From an uncultured delta proteobacterium (GTDB lineage Bacteria > Myxococcota > Myxococcia > Myxococcales > Anaeromyxobacteraceae): DNA of 64,000 bases. The stretch spans positions 65,994 to 129,993 of the forward strand of contig CAVYBH010000014.1 of assembly GCA_963766715.1 (NCBI GenBank), read 5' to 3'. The translations under genes were made by a program, and so were the position numbers. The notes under the pieces are model-generated. The model was not told where the DNA came from. It was given only the letters and a program-made list of their open reading frames with translations, and did not search any database. Positions 17,450-29,260 of the stretch are shown piece by piece (positions within the stretch are counted from its first letter, which is position 1; each line of letters starts with the position of its first letter).

Positions 17450-20400
17450 TCGGGCCCCCGCCCGGATACTGGAGCTGCGTCGCTGGCCGTCGTCGCCGTA
17501 CCGGTGACGACGACGTTGCTCGCAGAGTCGGTGCCGCTTGCCGTCGCGGTGAAGGTGATGCTCGGGTTGCCGGCGTCGGCGTGCAGCAGAAGGAGAACGG
17601 AACAGTGTCGCCTGGCGCGATGGCCGCCGAGGCGGGCGTGGCGGCGGTGCAGGTGGCCGCCGCCGTGCCCAGGCCCGTCCATGAAGGCGTGACGGTGACT
17701 CCGATCGCGCTCGCACCGCCTGCGGCGGCGGTGTTCTGGACGTCGCGACGAGCGGGATCGCCACGTCCACAGCGGCGGGAGACGCCGGGTCGCTCGCGAA
17801 GCTCACGGCCAGGGCGGCGGCGGGGAGGACCGTGACGGGGGAGGTGACGGCGGCCGTGACGTGGGGCGTCCCGGGGATGTTGGCGTCCACCCAGGTGGCG
17901 GTGGCGGAGAGGGTTCCCGAGGCGGTGGCCGTGCAGCCGGGCACTGCGATGGCCTGGCCATTCGCGACGCCATTCACCGGGGCGATGGCCGGGCAGGTGG
18001 CGCCCGTCACGGTGATGGCGGTGACGTTGGCCGGAGCCGTGCCGGTCTTGCCCACGGTGAAGGTGAGCGAGAAGACCTGGCCGACGGTGACCGTCGGCTG
18101 CGACGGTGCAACCGAGGTGGCGGTCACGACGGCCGCCGTCTGTACCGTGATGGGGGAGGTGACGGCAGCGGTGGTGCGAGGCGTCGCGGGGACGTTCGCG
18201 TCCACCCAGGTGGCGGTGGCGGAGAGGGTTCCCGAGGCGGTGGCCGTGCAGCCGGGCACTGCGATGGCCTGCCCATTCGTGACGCCGTTTACCGGGGCGA
18301 TGGCCGGGCACGTAGCGCCCGTCACGGTGATGGCGGTGACGTTGGCCGGAGCCGTGCCGGTCTTGCCCACGGTGAAGGTGAGCGAGAAGACCTGGCCGAC
18401 GGTGACGGTCGGCTGCGACGGTGCAACCGAGGTGGCGGTCACGACGGCCGCCGTCTGTACCGTGATGGGGGAGGTGACGGCAGCAGTGGTGCGAGTCGCG
18501 GACGGGCGTCCACCCAGGTGGCGGTGGCGGAGAGGGTTCCCGAGGCGGCCGTGAGCCGGGCACCGGGTGGCCTGGCTGACCGAGGCCGGAGGCGGGGCGT
18601 GGCGCCCGTCACGGTGATGGCGGTGACGTTGGCCGGAGCCGTGCCGGTTTTCCCACGGTGGTGAGCGAGAAGACCTGGCCGACGCTGACGGTCGGCTGCG
18701 AGGAAACCACCGAGGTCGCGGTCACGACGGCTGCGGTCGACGGTGATGGGAGGTGACGGCAGCGGTGGTGCAGGCGTGCGGAGAGCGTTCACGCCACGGT
18801 GGCGGTGGCGGAGAGGGTTCCCGAGGCGGTGGCCGTGCATCCGGGCACCGGAATGGCCTGGCCGTTCGTGACGCCGGTCACCCGCGATGGCGGGGCGGTG
18901 GCGCCCGTCACGGTGATGGCGGTCACGTTGGCCGCGGCGGCGCCGGTCTTGCCCACTCGTGATCGTAGGGAGAAGACCTGGCCGACGCTGACGGCGGTCC
19001 GGAGGCGGGCGTGGAAGGTTGCCAGGAGAGCGGAGAGCCCGCCTTGCCCGATGGTGTCGACGTTGGACGGGGTCACCGCGGCCGTCACCGCAGCTCCGGT
19101 GTTGGCGTCGACCCCGGTCGCACTGCCCGTGAAGGCGATCGTCCCCACCGAGGTGGCGTGTAGGTCCAGGTGGACGGGGCGAGCCGCCGGCGGCAACAGT
19201 GACGGAAGGCGGCGCGGCCCGCAGGACGCCGTCACCGGCCCGCTGCCCGGCGGCGGCCGTGAGCGCGCCGCGGCGTGACCACCGCCGCGGCGCCTCCGTG
19301 TTGGAGAGGGTGAGGGTCACCGTGAAGGGGAGGCCCCGGGCGATGGCCGACGGGAAGGTCCCCCTGACCGCCGCGGGCGCCTGGACCGTCACGCTGGCGT
19401 GGCCGTGTTCGAGGTGACCGCGAGGGCCGGATTGTTGGCGTCCGTCCCGGACGCGGACGCCGAGAAGGAGAGCGTCCCCGGCGTCGCGGACGAGCAGCCC
19501 GAGTAGACCAGGGTCTGAGCGGGGGGGATGGGCGCGGAGGCAGGCGAACCGACGTGCAGCCCGCGATGGCGGTGGGCGAGACCGCGTTCGCGGCCGCAGC
19601 GCCCCCGTTCACCACGGAGAGGGACAGGTGAAGGCCTGGCCGACGTTCACCGTAGGGCTGGCCGGCGGGGACGGGCGCGTCGCGAGTGAGCGTGGCGGCG
19701 GCGGGGCCGGGACGTCACCGACGTGGTCGGTCGGGCCGTGACGGCTCCGCCCGAGAACGCGTCGGTCCCGTTCAGGACGACGACGAAGGAGAGGTGCCCC
19801 GCGGCCACGCCCGCTCGCGCCGCGGTCATCCAGCTGGTGGTGAAGGTCTGGCCCCGGCCAGCGTAGCACGGGCACCAGGCGTGGACGTCTGGGTCACGGT
19901 GGCGCCGCGTCGAGGAACCGGCCGGAGCGACCACGGTGGCCGTCGGCGAGCCCGGGGTTGGTGACGGACAGGGTGAGGGTGAAGGGCTGGCCCGCGCTGA
20001 CCGTGGCCGGCGCCGGGGTCAGCGTGGCGTTCACCCGCGCTGCCGATGTGAATTTCCGGACGTGGCGACGGCCGAGGTCACGGCGGCGCCGGTGTTGGCG
20101 TCGGTGCCGCTGGCGCTCGACGAGAGGGTCACGGGACCCGGGGTCGTGCCCCGAAGTAAAGGAAGACGCACCGCGGTGGCCGGCGGGTGCCGCCGAGAGG
20201 GCGGGACCGTCCCGTGCCTGCCTTCAGCACGGCGCCGGGGGACGATGGGTACCGCGGGGAGGACGCCGTTTGCCGCGGAGGGACCGCCTCCGCGTGACCG
20301 ACGGTCACCGCGAACTCCTGGCCGACGGCGGCGGCCCCGGAGGCGGGCAGGGCCGCGGTCAGCGCCGCCGGCAGCTGCACCGTCGCCTGGGCGGGGAGGG

Positions 20401-21109
20401 CGGGATCGGTGGAGGCCGTGACGGCGGTTCCCGAGAAGGAGTCGGTGGCGCTCGCCGTACCCGAGAAGGCGAGGGTCCCCGCGCCGGTGGCCGGGTAGGT
20501 CCAGGTGAAGGTCCCGGATGCGCCCGGCGCCAGGCTGGCGATGGTGGCCGGGTCGGGGCCGGTGGGAGCGCCCACCGTGCCGGTGCCCGTCACCGCGATG
20601 GATACCGGCGAGACGCCCGTCGCGTCGCTCGTGCCGCCGTTCGTCACCGTGAGCCGGACGGTAATCGACTGCCCCACGCTCACCGTGGCCGGCGTGGCGG
20701 AGATGGCCGCCGACATGGACGCGAGCGCCGAACCCTCGACGGTGTAGGCGTTCTGCAGCGTCCCGGAGGTGCCGTAGGGGCCCTGTACGCGGAGCGGCTT
20801 CACCCCGGGAGCGAGCCCGGCCGGGACCGTGGCCGAGAGGGTCTGGCCGTCGACGCGGCGGACGTCCTGCAGCGGCGCCTCCCCCAGCCAGGCCTGGAAG
20901 GTCTCGTCGATCGCGGGCGAGCCCCCGGTGGACGACTGGACCGTCCGCACCGCGAAGCCGTCGCCCTGGATGAGGACCGGGGTGGCGTTCGCCGCGAAGC
21001 CGCGCGCTGGCGTCATCGACGCGGGCGCGGGCGCGGGGAAGTCGGATCCTCCACACGCGGTGAGGACCAGGGCGGCCAGGAGGGCGGAGGTCGAGCGTCT
21101 AGCCCACAT
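17450..21109 (-). CDS. Large Thr/Ala/Val-rich surface lipoprotein: IPT/TIG-like domain plus many Ig-like repeats (heavily frameshifted; end approximate)
   Basis: Lipobox VLTAC, then repeated TV(S/T)VGQ-x-(F/I)-x-(L/V)-x-x-TV-x-x-x-G...ATASGT beta-sandwich units across several frames. Confidence 0.7.
17832..19010 (-). repeat. Tandem 315-bp (105-aa) Ig-like repeats, about 4 copies, outer copies degraded
   Basis: Unit starts at 17832, 18147 and 18462 give an exact 315-bp period, with another at ~18743. The first two copies are nearly identical. Confidence 0.85.
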
Positions 21110-22836
21110 CGAACCGGTACCCCAGGAAACCGAGGAAGGTGAAGGTCGATCCACTCAGCGTCGACAAGCCGGGGTCGCCAATCCAGGTGGCCCTCGCCTC
21201 GAGGAAGAGCCAGCCGGGGCCGAGGCGCGGGCCCAGGGAGAGCGAGCCGCTGGCCGCCGGGGCGAAGCCGCTCTCGCTCGTGGACGGCTGGCCCGCCAGC
21301 TGCGATCGGTTCGAGACGAGCGCGCCCCCTCCGCCCGCCGTCGCCCAGACCATCCAGCGCTCGGCGAACGGCGTCCGCCATCCCACCGAGAGCAGGAACG
21401 GGAGGTAGCTCTGGGTGGAATCGAAGCTCGACTCGACCCCGCCCACGGTCGCGGTGCTGGTGCGCGAAATCATCCACCAGTCGACGTCGAGAACCAGGCC
21501 GAGCTGGGTCCGGCCGAAGAACCTCCAGAGGCCCGCCTCCGCTCCCGCGGCCGGTCCCACGCCACCGCCGGTGAACCCCGCCCCCCTTTCAGGCCCAGGG
21601 AGACCGAGAGGCGACGGGCCCGGAGCACCAGTTCGACCTTGGTGGTGGCGGGGCCCGCCGTGATCACGACCTGCTCGGTGGTGTCCTCGGAGACGCGGGG
21701 TGGACGGTAGGGCAGGGCCCAGTGCCCAGGGCTGATGGGAAGCGCGGGCCGGAATTCGCCGCGCCCGCCCAATCCCACCGGAACGTCGTCCACGGGCTTG
21801 CCGAACGCGTCGACCACCTCGACCTCGAGGACCTCGAAGCGCCCCTGGGACGAACCGTCGGCGACGATGGGCTCGTGCGGGCTCACCCGGACCTGGGCCG
21901 CAGCCGAGGGCGTGATCGCAAGGCTCGCGGTGGCCACCGCGCGGTCGGCCCGGGCGGTGAACAAAATCGCGGTGTCCCGCGTTCCCGGGGGAATGGCGAC
22001 CTGGACCTGGTAGACGCCCCGCTCCAGGCGGACCGGCGCGTCGAATTGCGCGACGTCCGACTCCAGGACGAGCGCCTCGTCCGTGAGGTTGCCGCCGAAT
22101 CCCGGATGCGCACCACGACCGAGGTCTTCAATCCGGCGCCGGCCACCGAACCCGCATCCTGCGTGATCTCAATCGCCTGCGGCGTTCCCGGCTTGCGAGC
22201 GAGCGAGGCGGCGGCGGAAGGTTCCAGCCCGAAGGCGGCCGTGACGGCGGCGGCCTTGGCCTCGCCGGGGGGCACGCGCCACCGGGCTCGCCAGGCGCCG
22301 GGCCCGAGCGATTCGACGCGCGCCACCGACCCGACGCTCGGCTGGATGGCGGGGGCGCTGCCTCGGCGAGGGTTGCCCCGCTCGTCCGTGGCGAAGACGT
22401 AGACCAGCACGTCGGCGTCCTGGTCGGCGCTCGCGGTCCCGGGCTCGACAAGGGTCAGGGTCACCGGCAACGGGCTCGATGCGGTCTCCCGCGGCGCGGC
22501 GACATGGATCACCGAGAAGCCACAGGCGTTCGGACCCACGGCGGCGACAATCACAATCGGAGGCGAGTCGGCGCCGGCCTGGAACTCCGCCTCCACCGTC
22601 CCCGCGCCGAAGCTCACCGGCGACCCGGACGTGCCGCTGCTGGCGCGCAGCTGCAAGTCGGCGATCCCAGTGGGGATCCGGATCCGGGCGGTGCGTGCGC
22701 CGGCAGGAAGGTTCGGGGGCGTCACCTGGATGGCCAGGTCGCACCGGATCGGCGCGGCCCGCGACACACCCGGGGCCATCACCAGCGAGGTGAGGACGAA
22801 GCCCAGCCGGACGAAAGTGTGCCCGCATCCACGCAT
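21099..22836 (-). CDS. Secreted protein with Ig/invasin-like domains and a C-terminal outer-membrane beta-barrel (frameshifted)
   Basis: Signal-like N-terminus, an Ig-like IVADGSS...EVVDAFGKPV segment and an amphipathic strand tail ending FLGFLGYRFDVG*. The stop overlaps the start of the repeat lipoprotein. Confidence 0.6.
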
Positions 22837-22989
22837 CGACCGATCCTTCCTCGTCCGGGAGCCCCCTGAGGCGAACCGAGCGTCCTCCTCTTAAGGCCCG
22901 GGTAGGGAACGCGCCTACCCTTTCGATGTCAGCGATTCTTGCGCCGAATCGGGCCGGGCACTTGCCCCGCTGAGGGGATACCCAAATGC

Positions 22990-23760
22990 CTACTTCAAAT
23001 CCACCGCCTGGAACGAGGCCAGCGAGCCGCCCCCGGCGTCGAGCAGGTCGAGCCGGTCGCCGGAGATGCGCCAGGCGAGGACCTTCCCGAGCGCGGCCAG
23101 GAAGGCCGTCTCCTGGTCCATGCCCTCCGCGCAGGCCATCCGGGTGAGGGCGAGGTTCCCGAAGGTGAGCGTGCTGCCCTCCACGGTGCACGAGCCCGAG
23201 AACCGGTTGCAGCCGCCCGACCCCGCGACCTGGCCCTTTCCGGAATGGACGACGAGGCTCGCCTCGCGCTGGTTCGCGGCGCCACGCACCGCGGTCTCTC
23301 CCAGGCGCGTGAGCTTCCAGTACGTCTCGCCGAGAGCCCGGTCCGGCGCGGCGGCCGGCCCACCTTCTGGAGCGCGACGGCGACCTCGCTCGCGGCGCCA
23401 TTCGTCAGCACCGGGTAGTTCGTCGTCGACGTGAAGAGGAGCTCTGCCTGCCGGGTGATGCGAGCGCGGACCGAGTAGCGGTGGCTCGGAACGATGGCGC
23501 CGGATCGTAGGAATCGAGAAGGGGATGGGGACCTGGCCGGCAGGATCCACGGTGGTCCGCGCGATCAGGTCGGCGGGGGCGTCGGCGCGGCTCACGTCCT
23601 CGAGCGAGACCTCGAGCACCGCGTCGGGGGGCAGCGCGATGCGCTCCCGGTACGCGGCGGTTCCGGTGACGGTCTTGGCGGAGGCCGCCATGGGCGTGGC
23701 TCCGAGGACGAGCAGGAGGAGGGTGAGCGGCAGGGGCGCCGTGCGGACGAGGGAGTTCAT
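22990..23760 (-). CDS. YbaY-type lipoprotein domain + META (HslJ) domain protein (internal frameshifts)
   Basis: VTGTAAYRERIALPPDAVLEVSLEDVSRADAPA (YbaY) and TYWKL...GSGGCNRFSG...TRMAC (META). Confidence 0.85.
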   Translation of the reverse strand: MNSLVRTAPLPLTLLLLVLGATPMAASAKTVTGTAAYRERIALPPDAVLEVSLEDVSRADAPADLIARTTVDPAGQVPIPFSIPTIRRHRSEPPLLGPRSHHPAGRAPLHVDDELPGADEWRRERGRRRAPEGGPAAAPDRALGETYWKLTRLGETAVRGAANQREASLVVHSGKGQVAGSGGCNRFSGSCTVEGSTLTFGNLALTRMACAEGMDQETAFLAALGKVLAWRISGDRLDLLDAGGGSLASFQAVDLK

Positions 23761-23901
23761 GGGACCTGTCAGCTAGTCGGGCGCACGGGTTCGCGGCCAC
23801 TCCCGGCCCCAAGGAGGGGGTGACCGTCGTGCGCGCGCGCCCGCCGGTGGATATCTCCCGCCGCGGAAGGCGCCCGGAGTGCGGACGCGAAGGAGCGGAT
23901 C

Positions 23902-24885
<984 letters not shown>

Positions 24886-24923
24886 CCGGGTCGCCTGGGC
24901 GGCGCGGTCCGGGCACGGCTATG

Positions 24924-26817
24924 ATGCCTCCACTTCTCGTGGGGGGAACCTGGCCCGATTCGGCGATTTCGTCCTGGAGCTGAAGCGCAGGCGCGTGGTT
25001 CGCGCCCTGCTCGGCTGGGGACTCTTCTCGTTCGCCGTGCTCCAGGTCGTCGAGCCAATCCTCCACGCCTACCGCCTCCCGGAGTGGACGCTCACGCTGG
25101 TCGTGTCGCTGCTGGCCGCAGGCTTCCCCGTGACGGTGGCGCTCGCCTGGGTGTTCGACCTCACCGGGAAGGGTGTCACCCGGACCGTGCCCGCGGCGGG
25201 AGACGGTGGAGCAGGGGCCGGCCCCTCCGGGTCCCGCTTCGTCCCGCTTCTGCTGGGGCTCGGTCTCGTCGCCGCCGCTCCCGGCCTCGTCTACTTCTTC
25301 GTCTGGCCGGGAACGGGTCGCGCTCCGGCGGTTCCGGTGGTGCCATCGGCGCCGGTTCCACCGGGGGCATCGGCGGCCCTGGCCGCGCCCGGCGCTCCGT
25401 CCATCGCCGTGCTCGCCTTCGCGGACCTGAGTCCCACGAAGGACCAGGAGTACTTCTCCGACGGCATCGCCGAGGAGATCCTGAACGCGCTGGCGCGCGT
25501 GAAGGGGCTGAGGGTCGCGGGCCGGACCTCCTCGTTCCACTTCAAGGGCAGGAACGAGGACCTGCACGCCATCGGGACCACCCTCGGGGTCGCGAACATC
25601 CTGGAGGGATCGGTCCGGAAGCAGGGCAACAAGGTGCGCATCACCGCGCAGCTCATCAAGGCATCGGACGGGTTTCACCTCTGGTCGAAGACCTACGACG
25701 GCGATCTCACCGACGTGTTCGAGCTGCAGGAGCGCATCGCCCGCGCCATCACCGACGAGCTGAAGGTGGTGCTGCAGGGGGACCAGCGGGCCCGCCTCGT
25801 CCCGGTGGCGACGACGAACCCGGAGGCCTACGCGCTCTACCTCCAGGCGAGCGCCATCTTCAACCGGCGCGAGGGCTCCGATTCCCGGACGCGGTCGCCC
25901 ACCTCGAGCAGGCCATCCGGCTCGACCCGGCCTACGCCCGCGCGCACTCGCGCCTCGCCGCGCTGCACGCGCTCTCGCCCGCCTACGTGCCGCTGGTCGC
26001 CGAGGCCTCGCGCCGCGCGGCCGAGAAGCACGCGCGCAGGCGATGGAGCTGATGCCGCCCTGGCCGAGCCGCATGCCGTGCTCGCCCTCCTGTTCACCCA
26101 GCAGCGACGCTACGAGGACGAGTGGGTGGCCATCGAGCGCGCGCTCGCGCTCGATCCCGACGACGTCACCGCCAACTTCTGGTTCGCGTCCGGCCTCATC
26201 ACCCAGGGCTACGGCGGCAGGGCAGCGAGCGGCTCGACCGGGTGCTCGCCATCGACCCGATCATGCCCAACGCCCTGCTGTGGCGGGGGAGGACTTTCCT
26301 CGACGAGGGCGACGTCGACGGCGCGGAGCGGCTCTCCCGGCGCGCGGCGGACCTGGGCCTCGCCCATGCCGCGCTCGGCCTCTCCGCGGCGGCGGAGGCC
26401 CGCGGCAACAGGCAGGAGGCGATCGATCAGCTGGCGGCTGCCATCCGCCCGTGGGCCTCCGTTCCGCCGGCTTGAGACGTCATCGCCCGGGGTGCCCTGG
26501 GCGACGAGCAGGCGCGGCTGAAGGGCGTGGCGATCGTCGAGGCCTACCTGGCCACGAGGCCCAAGGTGGTGGCGGGTGGCGCCGTTCGCCTTGCTTCGCC
26601 TCGGCGAGCCGGCCCGGGCGCTCGCCGCTTCCAGGAGCAGTCGACGGAACGACTCGCTGATCATGGACTGGCTGTGGGGCCCCTACGGCCGAGCTGCGCG
26701 GGCCTTGCCGGGGTTCCCGGAGTTCCTGCGGAAGATCGGCCTCGCCGACCTCTGGGAGCACCACGGCCCGGTGACGGATGCCGCCGCGTGGCGCCGCGCG
26801 AGTTCGTCTGCGGGTGA
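24924..26817 (+). CDS. Membrane-anchored TolB-N-like / TPR protein (frameshifted)
   Basis: ELKRRRVVRA plus TM helices, then SIAVLAFADLS...QEYFSDGIAEEILNAL...EGSVRKQGNKVRITAQLI, TPR repeats, and the C-terminus FLRKIGLADLWEHHG. Confidence 0.8.
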
Positions 26818-26835
26818 TCGATCGCCTGGAGGCAC

Positions 26836-27128
26836 TTGGCTGCCTACGTCATCGCCATCCTGAAAGTTACCGACCCGGCTGCGTACGAACGGTACAAGGC
26901 CGCCGCTCCAGCGACCATCGCGGCGGCCGGTGGCCGCTACGTGTCGCGCGGGGGCGAGGTCGTGGCGCTCGAGGGTGCGCACGACGGCGGCCGCGTGGTC
27001 ATCCTCGAGTTCCCGTCGGCGGAGGCGGCGAAGGGCTGGTACGACGGCGAGGCCTACCGCGAGGCGCGAAGCGGCGGGAGACGTGCGCCCGGAACGTGAC
27101 CTTCCTCCTCGTCCCCGGGCTTCCGTAG
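26836..27128 (+). CDS. DUF1330 family protein (frameshift ~27070)
   Basis: AYVIA...VTDPAAYERY...GGRY...RGG...LEG...RVVILEFPSAEAAKGWY. Confidence 0.85.
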
Positions 27129-27906
27129 CTCACGGCCGCAGCCGCCCTCCGGTGGCGCGGCTCGAGACGGTCCCGCTCACCCGCATGGGCGTCGACAAGC
27201 CTCGGGCCGGGCGATTCCAGGGCCCAACATTTCCAGCAGCGCCTGTGGAGGCGGTGGCGACGCGACTGCTCACGCCGAACTCGAGCCAAGGGCTGAGCCG
27301 ATCGCCTGGAGCGTCCGGGCCGTCCCAGCGGGAGCCGGGCCTTCACGGCGTCGCGGGCGTCGGGCTCCTTCACGTCGACGCGGTAGCTCGCTGCAGTGAG
27401 CGAAGGCCTGCTGCTGGGCGCGTGTGTCGGCGCCGAAGACGCAGGCGTGCCCCCGGGAGGTGAGCCGACGGACAGTTGCTCGCGCCCTCCGGATTCCCTT
27501 GATCACCACCCGCATGTCGCCGGGCTGGTCGTGCGTGGGGAACGGCGAGACCTGTACGTGCGCGCTGCCGCGGACGAGGAAGGTCCTGACCCCGCGTCCT
27601 TCTCGGCCGCGGGAAGGACGATGGCGAGACTGAAGGCGGCGAGCAGGAGCCGCGCCGTGGCAAGGAGCGGGCGCAGGGGCCCATGATGCCCGCCAACGCC
27701 CCGGCGTCACGATCCGGCGCCGGCCAGTGCCCACCCGGCCGGGATGCGGGCCATCCGGGTTGCCGCCTCGTCGCCGACTCGAAGGGACCAGGCCTTGTCA
27801 CCCGAGGTGAATGGAACGGGGCGGCCCGGAAGGGGTCGTGGATCCGCGCGTGCGCCGGGAGGATCATGCGGGGACCAGGGAACACGAAGTTGCCCGGGGG
27901 GCGACC

Positions 27907-28360
27907 ATGAAGATCCTTAGGTGATGTCGAGGCAGGCGTACTCGTGCCACGCCACGGACATGCTCGACGCGGCGGCGCGGGTCATGCGGGACCACGACGT
28001 CGGGGCGGTGCCGGTCCGCGGCGCTGACGGCAAGCTGGCCGGGATCACCACCGACCGTGACATCGCCATGGGCGCCTGCTTTGGGGGCCAGCCGCTCGCG
28101 CGACTCCGGGGTCCGACGACATGTCCCGCCAGGTCTTCACCGTCACGCCGGAGCACGCCGTCGAGGACGCCGAGGAGCTGATGGCGACGAGGCAGATCCG
28201 CAGGCTCCCGGTGGTGGGCGCCGCGGGAAGCCCCGGGACGATGACGATGGGGGACCTGGCCCGCGCCGCGGCCGGGGAGAAGGGGATTGACGCCAGGAGG
28301 GGCGCGAGGACGGTCTGCCGGATCGTCGAGGCCCGGTCGGCGCCGGCCCTGGTGGGGTGA
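27907..28360 (+). CDS. CBS-domain pair protein (frameshifted)
   Basis: AARVMRDHDVGAVPV...GITTDRDI and MATRQIRRLPVV. Confidence 0.8.
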
Positions 28361-28364
28361 GCCC

Positions 28365-28807
28365 ATGGCCCCGTTTCGCCACGTGATGGTCGCGACCGAC
28401 CTGTCGGAGTCGCCCAGGCAGCCCGAAGCAGGCCGTCGAGCTGGCGCGAACGCGGGACCGACCTGACCGTCGTCCACAGCTGCGAGATCCCCGTCGATTG
28501 GAACACGCCCGAGATGGCGATGGCCCCGGTCGACCTGCTCACTCCGGCGGTCGATGCCGCGCGGGCCCGGCTGGAGGAGCTGATGCGCCAGGTCCACAAG
28601 GAGTGCCCGGGGGCGCAGAGCCTGCTCGAAATCGGGGTCCCGGCCGACAAGATCCTGTCGGCGGCGGCGTCGTCCGGGGCCGACCTGATCGTCATGGGGA
28701 CCCACGGGCGCCGTGGACTGGCCCACGCCATGCTCGGGAGCGTCGCGGAGAAGGTGGTCCGGCGCTCCACCGTCCCGGTGCTGACCATCCGCCCGCCCCC
28801 GGCCTGA
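28365..28807 (+). CDS. Universal stress protein (UspA family; frameshifted)
   Basis: FRHVMVATDLS...ADLIVMGTHGRRGLAHAMLGSVAEKVVRRSTVPVLTI. Confidence 0.88.
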
Positions 28808-28841
28808 GCAGGAGGCGGTCGCCGTCGTCGCGCGGCGCCGG

Positions 28842-29259
28842 CTACTGCTTCATCCGCACGAAGAACACGTCGAAGGTCTCGCGAGCGACCGCCTGGTAGT
28901 AGCGGCCCACCAGCCGGTCGGTCTTCGCGTCGTAGGTGAGCGTGTAGGTCGAGCCCGGGTAGTTCACGTCGCGCAGCTCGAGGAAGACCTCGATGGCCGA
29001 GCCCTTCCGGGACGCGTCCGCCTTCGCGACGTGGATCACCGCGGGTTGAAGTAGGCGGCCTGGAGCTTCCCGTCCGGCGCGACGCTGCGGATCTCGACGA
29101 CGTAGCCTCCCTCGGATCGCACCCAGCGGCCGACGAGCGTGTCGAGCGAGGGGGCGGCCTTCGCCGCGGCCGCAGGCGCCTCCTGGGCGGGGGCCGGGGA
29201 GGGGACGGCGACGAGGATGCCAGGGCGGCCAGGATTCCGGGGAGTCTCACGAAGGGCAT
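28842..29259 (-). CDS. Exported hypothetical beta-rich protein (frameshifted)
   Basis: Signal-like N-terminus, then LVGRWVRSEGGYVVEI...AAYFNPR...ELRDVNYPGSTYTLTYD...YYQAV. Confidence 0.65.
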
Positions 29260-29260
29260 C

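Noticed and set aside
17832..19010. Possible CRISPR array or non-coding repeat
   Set aside because: The units are 315 bp, in-frame and protein-coding, with no repeat-spacer structure.
27130..27690. Possible frameshifted secreted protein on the minus strand
   Set aside because: A signal-like segment is present, but I could not rebuild a consistent frame or recognise a domain.
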